A stretch of DNA of 32,000 bases, taken from Dickeya dadantii NCPPB 898 (GTDB lineage: Bacteria; Pseudomonadota; Gammaproteobacteria; Enterobacterales; Enterobacteriaceae). Of the stretch, positions 1-7,583 are shown piece by piece; positions within the stretch are counted from its first letter, which is position 1, and every line of letters begins with the position of its first letter. Below the pieces are notes generated by a model. It saw only the letters and a list, made by a program, of their open reading frames with translations. It ran no database searches and had not been told where the DNA came from. The position numbers and the translations under genes were made by a program. The DNA lies in assembly GCF_000406145.1 (NCBI RefSeq), contig NZ_CM001976.1, positions 3,712,855 through 3,744,854 of the forward strand, given 5' to 3'.

Positions 1-38
1 GCACCAAAAAAGAACATCCGCACCAGTAAGGCGCGCGA

Positions 39-878
39 TTAACGCTGCTCCAGTTCATCCAGTTGCAGGTAAAGATCGGCAATATCGTGAATGCGCTGAC
101 GGCCGTCCGCCAGCATCTGATGCAGCAACGCATTGCTGATCAGGTTAACCAGACTCATGGCGCTGGCGTAGCTGTCAAAAGCCGACACGCTGTCCAGCGG
201 CGCGGTCAGCGACCAGGTCGCCAACGGCGGCAGCGTATGCGCCTGCGGTTCGCACAGCAGCAGCACCGGAATCTGCCGGGTGCGCAAGTGCTGCAACAGC
301 GGCAGGATCAGCCGCGGACGGCGACGGAACGCCACCACCACCACCACATCCTGCTCATCCAGATCCGCCAGTTCCTCCGCCAGCGTCTGGCCGGGTTGCG
401 CCAGCAGCGGCACCGCTGGGCGGATTTGCAGCAGTTGCTGGCGCAGATGCAACGCTACCGGATAGCTGTTGCGCAGCCCGAGCACACAGACGCGCCGCGC
501 CTGCTGCAACGCCGCGATCAGCGCGCCGAACTGCTGTGGATCGATCTGGTTGACCCACTGCGTCAGGTTAGCCATTTCCTGCTTGTAATGGCGCGACAGC
601 AGGGTGTTGCCCTGCACCGCGTCGCGGTTATCCGTCAGCGGCATGCCGCTCTGGCGCAGGGTGCGCAGCTCATCGCGCATCTCCCGGTAGCTGGGGTAAC
701 CCAGGCGGCGGAACAGGCGGCTGACCGTGGCTTTGGACACGCCGCTCAGCCGCGCCAGCTCGGCGCTGTTATAGCTAATGAGGTCGTCTAAATGGTCAAA
801 GATAAATTCCGCCACCCGCTGTTCCTGCGGCGACAGTTCGCTGTACTGGCTGCGTAACCGTTCATCAATCTGCTTCAT
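39..878 (-). CDS. hpxU: RpiR/MurR-family transcriptional regulator (HTH_6 + SIS domain), HpxU-like by context
   Basis: ORF 39..893(-). The N-terminus SELSPQEQRVAEFIFDHLDDLISYNSAELARLSGVSKATVSRLFRRLGY is the RpiR helix-turn-helix, and the remainder is SIS-like. The track start at 893 is GTG. The ATG at 878 (MKQIDERL) has AAGGA 5 nt upstream and is preferred. It is divergent from the hpxW-like gene. The symbol is assigned by analogy to Klebsiella. Confidence 0.85.
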   Translation of the reverse strand: MKQIDERLRSQYSELSPQEQRVAEFIFDHLDDLISYNSAELARLSGVSKATVSRLFRRLGYPSYREMRDELRTLRQSGMPLTDNRDAVQGNTLLSRHYKQEMANLTQWVNQIDPQQFGALIAALQQARRVCVLGLRNSYPVALHLRQQLLQIRPAVPLLAQPGQTLAEELADLDEQDVVVVVAFRRRPRLILPLLQHLRTRQIPVLLLCEPQAHTLPPLATWSLTAPLDSVSAFDSYASAMSLVNLISNALLHQMLADGRQRIHDIADLYLQLDELEQR

Positions 879-904
879 GCCTGTCCTTGTCACTTTTTGC
901 GCTC

Positions 905-966
905 TGTAACTTTTGTTTCACCCTTTCGGCGTTATGCTGAACATAGCATATAACCGTCGGCCGACG
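905..966. promoter_or_regulatory. Cluster of candidate operator palindromes in the hpxU/hpxW divergent region
   Basis: TGTA-N8-TTCA lies at 905-920. TATGCT-N6-AGCATA, with perfect 6-bp arms, lies at 933-950. The perfect 12-bp palindrome CGTCGGCCGACG lies at 955-966. No binding protein can be assigned from sequence alone. Confidence 0.3.
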
Positions 967-983
967 ACAAGCAGAAAAAAAGA

Positions 984-999
984 TGGAACAGCTTTTGCT
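984..999 (+). promoter_or_regulatory. Candidate sigma54 (RpoN) -24/-12 promoter for hpxWXYZ
   Basis: TGGAAC-agctt-TTGCT has GG (985-986) and GC (997-998) separated by exactly 10 nt, as in the consensus TGGCAC-N5-TTGCW. The predicted TSS near 1010 would leave a leader of about 30 nt before the ATG at 1042. Confidence 0.5.
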
Positions 1000-1041
1000 T
1001 AGCATCGACCACCCTACCGTCTAACAAGAGCCTTATTACTC

Positions 1042-2631
1042 ATGATGCAAAGCAATATCGCCCCATCGGGCATGGCGGTCACGCCGCATCATCTTGCCAG
1101 TGCCAGCGCGCAGCGTATTTTGCGCGCCGGAGGCAATGCCATCGAAGCGATGGTCGCCGCCGCGGCCGCCATTGCGGTGGTCTACCCACACATGAACAGC
1201 CTGGGCGGCGATGGCTTCTGGCTGATTGTGCCGCCGCAGGGCGACCCGATCGCCATCGACGCCAGCGGCGCGGCCGGTTCGCTGGCGACCCGCGCCTTAT
1301 ATGCGGGGGAAAACCGCATTCCGCACCGCGGCCCGACCGCGGCGCTCACCGTAGCCGGCACCGTGGGCGGCTGGCAGGAAGCGCTGACCTACGCCGCCGA
1401 GCTGGACATCAACCGCCCGCTGCCGCTCGCCACCCTGCTGGAAGACGCCATCGGTTACGCCCGCCACGGCATTCCGGTCACCCAGTCGCAGGAAGACGCG
1501 CTGATTAACCGCGGCCACGAACTGAGCGATTTCGCCGAATTCTGCCGCGTATTCATGCCGCAGGGCGAGATCCCGCGTACCGGCAGCCGTTTTACCCAAC
1601 CGGACCTCGCCGACACGCTGCAACAACTGGCGCAGGACGGGCTGGACAGCTTTTACCGCGGCGCGCTGGCGGCGCGCATGACGGCACAAATGGCGGAACT
1701 GGGCATGCCGGTCACCGCCGACGATCTGGCGAATTACCGCGCCCGCCGTACCGTGCCGCTGGTGCTGAAACACAGCAAAGGCGAGGTGTTTAATCTGGCG
1801 CCGCCGACGCAGGGACTGGTGTCGCTGGCGATTCTGGGCATCACCGACCGTCTGGGGATGGAAGACCTCAGCGACAGCCAGACCATACACCGCGTGGTGG
1901 AAGCCACCAAGCTGGCTTTCAGGCTGCGCGACAAATACATCACCGACCCGAAACGGATCACCCAGGATATCCAGGCGCTGTTATCCACCGGCCATCTGGA
2001 TATGTTGAGCAAGCATGTTGACACCCGCACCGCCGCGCCCTGGGGGCAAGGCAAGGGGCCGGGCGACACCGTCTGGCTGGGCGTGTGCGATCGCCACGGC
2101 CTGTCGGTGTCGTTTATCCAGAGCCTCTATCACGAATTCGGCAGCGGCATGGTGCTGCCGGGCACCGGCGTGCTGTGGCAGAACCGCGGCGCCTCCTTCA
2201 GTCTGGACCCGGCCCACTTGCTAGCGCTGGAGCCGGGCAAGCAGCCGTTTCACACCCTCAACCCGGCGGCGGCGCGACTGTCTGACGGACGAACCATGGT
2301 GTACGGCTCAATGGGCGGCGACGGTCAGCCGCAGACGCAGGCGGCGCTGTTCATCCGCCATGTGATACAGGGCGTGCCGCTGCAACAGGCGATTACCGCG
2401 CCGCGCTGGCTGCTGGGCCGCACCTGGGGCCAGTCTTCCGACACGCTGAAACTGGAAGATCGCTTTACGCCGGCCACCGTCGAAGCGCTGCATACGCTGG
2501 GTCACGATGTGGAACTGCTCGGCGGATTCAGTGAAACCGTCGGCCACGCCGGCGCTATCGTCCGCCATGCCAACGGCATGCTGGAAGGCGCCAGCGACCC
2601 GCGCAGCAACGGCAGCGCCGCCGGGTTTTAA
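1042..2631 (+). CDS. hpxW: Gamma-glutamyltransferase-family Ntn hydrolase, HpxW-like (oxamate amidohydrolase type)
   Basis: 529 aa. GGT-family blocks include GGDGFWLIVP, and the autoprocessing and nucleophile region GPGD-TVWLGVCDRHGLSVSFIQSLYHEFGSGMVLPGTGVLWQNRG aligns with the E. coli GGT T391 region. There is no signal peptide, so it is probably cytoplasmic. Confidence 0.85.
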   Translation: MMQSNIAPSGMAVTPHHLASASAQRILRAGGNAIEAMVAAAAAIAVVYPHMNSLGGDGFWLIVPPQGDPIAIDASGAAGSLATRALYAGENRIPHRGPTAALTVAGTVGGWQEALTYAAELDINRPLPLATLLEDAIGYARHGIPVTQSQEDALINRGHELSDFAEFCRVFMPQGEIPRTGSRFTQPDLADTLQQLAQDGLDSFYRGALAARMTAQMAELGMPVTADDLANYRARRTVPLVLKHSKGEVFNLAPPTQGLVSLAILGITDRLGMEDLSDSQTIHRVVEATKLAFRLRDKYITDPKRITQDIQALLSTGHLDMLSKHVDTRTAAPWGQGKGPGDTVWLGVCDRHGLSVSFIQSLYHEFGSGMVLPGTGVLWQNRGASFSLDPAHLLALEPGKQPFHTLNPAAARLSDGRTMVYGSMGGDGQPQTQAALFIRHVIQGVPLQQAITAPRWLLGRTWGQSSDTLKLEDRFTPATVEALHTLGHDVELLGGFSETVGHAGAIVRHANGMLEGASDPRSNGSAAGF

Positions 2632-2675
2632 TCTCACTATCTTGCTAATCTCACACCCCGATAAGGTCTTCACTT

Positions 2676-2873
2676 ATGGAACATAGGGATATCGATCAGG
2701 ACGCGCTGGCCGCGTACCTGCAACAGATGGAAATTCTGTTGCAACTGGATCTGGATGATGCCCGTCGCCAGGAACTGCATGTACAATTCACACGCATCGC
2801 CGCGATGGCGCAGCCGCTGATGGCGTTCCCGCTGGACGAACGTCAGGAAGTGGCGGGGGTATACCGGCCATGA
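2676..2873 (+). CDS. hpxX: Small AtzG/HpxX-like protein (GatC-like partner of the AtzE-family amidase)
   Basis: 65 aa and acidic (MEHRDIDQDALAAYLQQMEILLQLDLDDARRQELHVQF...). Its stop overlaps the next start as ATGA at 2870-2873. Size and position match AtzG and HpxX. Confidence 0.7.
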   Translation: MEHRDIDQDALAAYLQQMEILLQLDLDDARRQELHVQFTRIAAMAQPLMAFPLDERQEVAGVYRP

Positions 2874-4282
2874 ACCCCGCTCAGCTGTCCATCCGTGCGT
2901 TGCAGGCCGAGCTGGCGGCCGGCCACCTTTCCGCCGCCGATATCGCCCGCGACACGCTGGCGCGCATCGAAAACGACAATCCGGCGATCAACGCGTATAC
3001 CGGCGTCACGGCGCAGCGTATGCAGGCGGAAGCCGCCGACATCGACCGCAAGCGTCGTCAGGGAGAAACGCTGCCCGCGCTGGCGGCGGTGCCCTACGCG
3101 GTGAAAAACCTGTTTGACGTCGCCGGCGAAACCACGCTGGCCGGCGCCAGACTGTTCAGCCAGCGCGCGCCGGCCGCTCAGGACGCATTTGCGGTGCGCC
3201 AGTTGCGGTCCAGCGGCGCGCTGCTGTCCGGGTTGCTGAACATGGATGCTTACGCCTACGGTTTTACCACCGAAAACAGCCACTACGGCGCCACCCGCAA
3301 CCCGCACGATCTGACGCGCATCGCCGGCGGCTCCTCCGGCGGCTCGGCTGCGGCGGTGGCGGCCGGGCTGGTGAATTTCTCGCTCGGCAGCGACACCAAC
3401 GGTTCGATCCGCGTCCCCGCTTCGCTGTGCGGCATCTTTGGGTTGAAACCCACCTTCGGACGCCTGTCGCGCCACGGCACCCAGCCGTTTGTCGGCAGTC
3501 TCGATCACATCGGCCCGCTGGCGCGCAGCGCCGACGATCTGGCGCGGGTGTATGACGCGCTGCTGGGGCTCGATCCGGCGGATCGGTTCCAGGCGGATCA
3601 ACCGTTGCGATCAACCGTCGCCTCGCTGGCGAACGAGGCGCCGCTGCGCAGCCGGGTGCTGGGCGGCTACTTCGCGCAGTGGTGCGATGAACAGGCCGCC
3701 GCCGCCGTGCAACAGGTGGCCACCGCCCTGCAAGCCGATGACGACGCGGTGCTGGACAACGCCGCGCTGGCGCGCACGGCGGCGTTTATTGTTTCCGCCA
3801 GCGAAGGCGGCAACCAGTATCTGCCCGCGCTGCGCGCCACGCCGGGTCTGTTTGAACCGCTCTCCCGCGAACGGCTGCTGGCCGGGGCGATGATCCCGGC
3901 CGCCTGGTACGTGCAGGCGCAGCGTTTCCGCGATCATTTCCGCCGCGACGTGCTGGTGCTGTTCGCCGATACCGATCTGTTGATCGCCCCGGCCACGCCG
4001 TGCCCGGCGACATCGATCGGTCAGGACACCATGCGTATCAACCACACCGATTTACCGATCCGCGCCAGCATGGGTATGCTGACCCAGCCGATTTCGTTCG
4101 TCGGCCTGCCGGTAGTGACGGTGCCGTTGGCGACCGCCAGCGGCCTGCCGATTGGCGTGCAACTGATTGCCGCGCCGTGGCGGGAAGACGTCGCGCTGCG
4201 CGCCGCCTGGCGCCTGGAACAGCTCGGCATCGCCCGGGTTTTGCCGCCCGCATCCCTTAATTCACAAGGAGCTTCTGTATGA
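2870..4282 (+). CDS. hpxY: AtzE-family amidase (amidase-signature enzyme), HpxY-like
   Basis: 470 aa. It carries the amidase signature [48 protein letters not shown] and an upstream catalytic Lys context ([12 protein letters not shown]). It is translationally coupled on both sides. Confidence 0.9.
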   Translation: MNPAQLSIRALQAELAAGHLSAADIARDTLARIENDNPAINAYTGVTAQRMQAEAADIDRKRRQGETLPALAAVPYAVKNLFDVAGETTLAGARLFSQRAPAAQDAFAVRQLRSSGALLSGLLNMDAYAYGFTTENSHYGATRNPHDLTRIAGGSSGGSAAAVAAGLVNFSLGSDTNGSIRVPASLCGIFGLKPTFGRLSRHGTQPFVGSLDHIGPLARSADDLARVYDALLGLDPADRFQADQPLRSTVASLANEAPLRSRVLGGYFAQWCDEQAAAAVQQVATALQADDDAVLDNAALARTAAFIVSASEGGNQYLPALRATPGLFEPLSRERLLAGAMIPAAWYVQAQRFRDHFRRDVLVLFADTDLLIAPATPCPATSIGQDTMRINHTDLPIRASMGMLTQPISFVGLPVVTVPLATASGLPIGVQLIAAPWREDVALRAAWRLEQLGIARVLPPASLNSQGASV

Positions 4283-4659
4283 CACCCGAGATCAATCTGC
4301 CTGACGTGCTGGCCGAGGTCACCACCGCCTTTTACCGCTACGAAAAGGCGCTGACCGGCAACGACATCGAGGTATTGGACGCGCTGTTCTGGCATGACGA
4401 ACGCACGGTGCGCTACGGCGCCTCGGAAAACTTGTACGGCATTGAACAGATCCGCGCTTTTCGCGCCGCCCGCCCGTCGGCCGGGCTGGATCGTCAGTTG
4501 CAAAACACGGTGATCACCACCTACGGCCGCGATACGGCGGTCGCCAGCACCGAATTTCGTCGTGAAGGCAGCGAGAAAATCGGTCGTCAGATGCAAACCT
4601 GGCTGCGTACCGAACAAGGCTGGCGGATCGTGGCGGCTCATGTGAGCCTGATGGTGTAA
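4279..4659 (+). CDS. hpxZ: AtzH/HpxZ-like NTF2-fold protein (DUF3225 type)
   Basis: 126 aa. ATGA overlaps the hpxY stop at 4279-4282, and AAGGA lies 8 nt upstream. The sequence ([37 protein letters not shown]...WRIVAAHVS) is typical of SnoaL/NTF2-like AtzH homologues. Confidence 0.75.
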   Translation: MTPEINLPDVLAEVTTAFYRYEKALTGNDIEVLDALFWHDERTVRYGASENLYGIEQIRAFRAARPSAGLDRQLQNTVITTYGRDTAVASTEFRREGSEKIGRQMQTWLRTEQGWRIVAAHVSLMV

Positions 4660-4671
4660 CGAACGGAACCG

Positions 4672-4704
4672 CGGATAGCCGGTATGTGTTTTACCGGCTA
4701 TCCG
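4672..4704. terminator. Perfect 12-bp hairpin downstream of hpxZ (possible terminator lacking a U-tract)
   Basis: CGGATAGCCGGT-atgtgtttt-ACCGGCTATCCG starts 13 nt after the hpxZ stop. No T-run follows on either strand. Confidence 0.35.
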
Positions 4705-4784
4705 GATGCGCTAACGGGAGGCTGTCGCGGCGGCGAGCATCCCGGCAAGTAATAACACCCGCAGGTATCGTGAAACACAAAGAA

Positions 4785-4820
4785 GCCGGACAATGAAATC
4801 TATCGGTGACATTGTCCGGC
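4785..4820. other. Perfect 11-bp stem hairpin in the convergent intergenic region
   Basis: GCCGGACAATG-N14-CATTGTCCGGC. A smaller GTCTG-gcgaaaa-CAGAC hairpin follows. The function is unknown. Confidence 0.3.
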
Positions 4821-4890
4821 AGGGAGATTGTCTGGCGAAAACAGACGGTAGATAAAACGATATTGGCTGAAAGCGGTAAACGCGCCATCG

Positions 4891-4949
4891 CTACTATCTA
4901 CTATTAGTAGCGTCTCTATCGTCTCTATCGTCTCTATACGTATCTATCG
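4891..4949. repeat. Compound micro/minisatellite: (CTACTAT)x2-TAGTAG then (CGTCTCTAT)x3 plus one degenerate unit
   Basis: CTACTAT occurs at 4891-4897 and 4898-4904. CGTCTCTAT occurs at 4911-4919, 4920-4928 and 4929-4937, followed by ACGTATCTATCG. The array abuts the puuE stop codon (4952-4954). Confidence 0.85.
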
Positions 4950-4951
4950 CC

Positions 4952-5899
4952 TCAGGCCGGATATGGATGCGTCCGATACCAGTGTTCGGCGATATCCTGA
5001 CGGCGACAAACCCACACCCGCTCGTGCTGCTGGATGTAATCAAGGAAACGCTGCAACGCCCGGAAACGCCCCGGCCGCCCCAGCAGGCGACAGTGCATGC
5101 CGATAGACATCATTTTCGGCGCCTCATCCCCTTCGGCGTACAGCACGTCAAAGCTGTCCTTCAGATAGCTGAAAAACTGTTCGCCGCTGTTGAACCCCTG
5201 CGGTGAGGCAAAGCGCATGTCGTTAGCATCCAGCGTATAGGGAACGATCAGGTGCGGCCGCACCCCGCCGTCCACTTGCCGCACCGGCAGCCAGAAGGGC
5301 AGATCGTCGCCGTAGTAGTCGCTGTCGTACAGGAAACCGCCCTGCTCCAGCACCAGTTGCCGGGTGTGGGGGCTGTCGCGCCCGGTGTACCAACCCAGCG
5401 GCGGCTGGCCGAACAATTCCGTGTGCGCCGCAATCGCCTGTTGCAAATGCGCGCGCTCGGTGTCGATATCCATATTCTGGTAGTGAATCCAGCGCCAGCC
5501 GTGGCTGACCACGTCATAGTCCGCCGCTCTGATGGCTTCGACCACCGCCGGGTTGCGCGCCAGCGCCATCGCCACGCCGAACACCGTCAGCGGCAAGCCG
5601 CGGCGCTGAAATTCCTGATGAATACGCCAGAAACCGGCGCGGGAACCGTATTCATAGAGCGAATCCATCGACATGTGCCGCGCCGGGTAGCTGGCGGCGC
5701 CGATAATATCGGACAGAAACTGCTCGGAACCGGCGTCGCCGTGCAGCACATGGTTTTCTGCCCCTTCTTCGTAATTGAGCACAAACTGCACCGCGATACG
5801 CGCCTGTCCGGGCCAGCGGGCGTGCGGCGGCTTACCGGCATAGCCTATCAGGTCGCGCGGGTAGTCAGGGTCTGAACCCCATTGCTGAGAGAGTGTCAT
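4952..5899 (-). CDS. puuE: Allantoinase PuuE (polysaccharide-deacetylase fold, metal-independent; HpxB equivalent)
   Basis: 315 aa. DYPRDLIGYAGKPPHARWPGQARIAVQFVLNYEEGAENHVLHGDAGSEQFLSDI is the characteristic PuuE N-terminal block. An AGGAAAG RBS lies upstream. Confidence 0.9.
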   Translation of the reverse strand: MTLSQQWGSDPDYPRDLIGYAGKPPHARWPGQARIAVQFVLNYEEGAENHVLHGDAGSEQFLSDIIGAASYPARHMSMDSLYEYGSRAGFWRIHQEFQRRGLPLTVFGVAMALARNPAVVEAIRAADYDVVSHGWRWIHYQNMDIDTERAHLQQAIAAHTELFGQPPLGWYTGRDSPHTRQLVLEQGGFLYDSDYYGDDLPFWLPVRQVDGGVRPHLIVPYTLDANDMRFASPQGFNSGEQFFSYLKDSFDVLYAEGDEAPKMMSIGMHCRLLGRPGRFRALQRFLDYIQQHERVWVCRRQDIAEHWYRTHPYPA

Positions 5900-5953
5900 G
5901 ATTTCTTTCCTGAATTGATATGACCGCCACGGTACGGCGTTACACGCCGCCGA

Positions 5954-6691
5954 TTAACGCAACGTTCCGAATGCGCCGGTCAACGGTTTGTCCAACGGAT
6001 AGTCAAGATCGCCGTGTTTGCTGGTAGTCAGCCCCAACCCAACCAGCGACTCCACCATTTTCACCGCCGCGCCCACGCCGTCGATAACCGGAATTCCCAG
6101 CTCCTGCGTCAACGCCTGCGCCAAATCGGCCATACCGCCGCAGCCAAGCACAATGGCGCCGGATCCATCCTGCCGCTTCGCCTGTATACACATTTCCCGC
6201 ACCTTGTGCTGCGCCAGCCCCTGACCGTCTTCCAGCGCCAACACCGGCAGGTCGATAGCGTGCAGCGCGGCGCAGTGATGTTCAAAGCCGTAACGCTGCA
6301 ACAGGTGACGGGCGATGATCAGCGTGCGCGGTAGCGTGGTGACGATGGAAAAGCGTGTCGCCACCAGCGTCGCCAGGTGCATCGCCGCTTCGGCAATGCC
6401 CACCACCGGCGCACACGCCAGCTCTCGCGCCGCCAGCAGACCGGGGTCGCCAAAGCAGGCGATGACATGGCCGCTGACGCCCTGCTCGCGGCCCAGCCGA
6501 ACCTGCTCCAGTACCCCGATAGCCGCTACCGCTTCGTCAAAATGCCCTTCGATCGACGGCACACCCTGCGACGGGCATACCGCCAGAATGTCGGTGCCGG
6601 ACGCCGCCGCTCGCCGCGCCGCCTCACCGATGGTTTCGGTCATCGCCAGGCTAGTGTTGGGGTTGATCACCTGAATCACGCATCGGCTCAT
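5954..6691 (-). CDS. hpxA: Allantoin racemase (Asp/Glu/hydantoin racemase family)
   Basis: 245 aa (IQVINPNTSLAMTETIGEAARRAA...VIACFGDPGL...IVLGCGGMADL). The start overlaps the hpxS stop as ATGA at 6688-6691. Confidence 0.85.
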   Translation of the reverse strand: MSRCVIQVINPNTSLAMTETIGEAARRAAASGTDILAVCPSQGVPSIEGHFDEAVAAIGVLEQVRLGREQGVSGHVIACFGDPGLLAARELACAPVVGIAEAAMHLATLVATRFSIVTTLPRTLIIARHLLQRYGFEHHCAALHAIDLPVLALEDGQGLAQHKVREMCIQAKRQDGSGAIVLGCGGMADLAQALTQELGIPVIDGVGAAVKMVESLVGLGLTTSKHGDLDYPLDKPLTGAFGTLR

Positions 6692-7431
6692 TCGGCTTGC
6701 TCCTCGTTACTCCGACCGAGCGGCTTCAGATGGCTGAACAACCGCGAAAAATCCGGCGTGGCCGCGCCGTCGCCGTCAAAACGCAGGCTGGCGACGATGT
6801 CGTCGAAATGCTGCTGCATGGCGGTGGTTAACGCCGCCAGATCCCGGTTGCGCAGCAGCGTCAGCAAATCGTGGTGGTCGTGGCAGCGGCAGCCCTGTTG
6901 CCAGGGCGCGCCGTAGGCGGCGATCGCCAGCGACGATCTCAGCGTCAGTTGCGACACCATGCCGGTCAGCACGCTGTTGCCGGAAATCGCCTGCAACTGT
7001 ATATGGAATGCGGCCGACAGGCGGATCGCTTCCGGTCCGTTGCGATCCTGATGCGCTTTCTCTTCCGCCGCCATCAGCGTCTCCAGCGCCGCCAGGTGCG
7101 GCGGCTGACAGTGCGCGATCACCACGGGCAGGTTGGCGCACTCCATCAGGCTGCGGGTCTGAAAAATCTCGCGTGCTTCTTCTACCGTCGGCGTCGCTAC
7201 CTGTGCACCACGTTTGGGCAACAGCGTGACCATTTGCACCGTCGCCAAACGCTGTAGCACCTTGCGGATCCCGGTACGGCTGACGCCGAACACCTCCGCC
7301 AGCGCTTCCTCCGGCAGGCGGGCGCCGGGCAGCAATTGATGCTCGACGATCGCGTTTAGCAACGCTTGATAGATAACTTCATCTTTTTGCTCGAAAAATG
7401 TCTCTTTTCCAACACCGTACATATCGCTCAT
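6688..7431 (-). CDS. hpxS: GntR-family transcriptional regulator (FadR/FCD subfamily), HpxS-like
   Basis: 247 aa. The winged-helix block is VIYQALLNAIVEHQLLPGARLPEEALAEVFGVSRTGIRKVLQRLA. It is the first gene of the minus-strand regulator-racemase-allantoinase operon. A GGAAG RBS is present. Confidence 0.85.
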   Translation of the reverse strand: MSDMYGVGKETFFEQKDEVIYQALLNAIVEHQLLPGARLPEEALAEVFGVSRTGIRKVLQRLATVQMVTLLPKRGAQVATPTVEEAREIFQTRSLMECANLPVVIAHCQPPHLAALETLMAAEEKAHQDRNGPEAIRLSAAFHIQLQAISGNSVLTGMVSQLTLRSSLAIAAYGAPWQQGCRCHDHHDLLTLLRNRDLAALTTAMQQHFDDIVASLRFDGDGAATPDFSRLFSHLKPLGRSNEEQAE

Positions 7432-7485
7432 CGGTTTCTTCCGTCATCACGTCCATCGCCAAATCGTACACACAAAATAAATTTA

Positions 7486-7495
7486 TTGTATACAA
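7486..7495. promoter_or_regulatory. Perfect palindrome TTGTATACAA, a GntR-type operator candidate
   Basis: It matches the generic GntR/FadR operator core (GT-Nx-AC within an AT-rich palindrome). It lies between divergent hpxS (start 7431) and the permease (start 7584). Confidence 0.4.
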
Positions 7496-7507
7496 AATTC
7501 ACCGATC

Positions 7508-7523
7508 TGGCCCAAATCCTGCA
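7508..7523 (+). promoter_or_regulatory. Candidate sigma54 -24/-12 promoter for the NCS1 permease
   Basis: TGGCCC-aaatc-CTGCA has GG (7509-7510) and GC (7521-7522) separated by 10 nt. It lies 61 nt upstream of the ATG at 7584. Confidence 0.4.
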
Positions 7524-7583
7524 ACACCCTCTTGCCTGATTTTTTTACCTTTATTTATTCGTCATCAAAAAGGAGCAGATTCC

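Noticed and set aside
63-791. A 242-aa ORF on the plus strand, opposite the RpiR regulator gene
   Set aside because: This is a shadow ORF antisense to a gene with clear family motifs. The translation is low-complexity and rich in Arg, Gln and His, as is typical of GC-rich antisense frames.
2843-3601. A 252-aa minus-strand ORF inside the amidase gene, with similar cases at 1297-1890, 3611-4045, 4021-4641 and 5252-5875
   Set aside because: These ORFs are antisense to well-supported coding regions. Their composition is rich in Arg, Ala and Gly, and they have no recognisable motifs or RBS.
4691-4888. A 65-aa minus-strand ORF in the hpxZ-puuE intergenic region
   Set aside because: It has no RBS, spans the hairpin structures and shows no family resemblance. 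I treat the region as structured non-coding DNA instead.
7398-7583. The 62-codon N-terminal extension of the permease ORF as given in the track
   Set aside because: The extension overlaps the hpxS start and the promoter/operator region and has no RBS. The ATG at 7584 has a strong AGGAG RBS.
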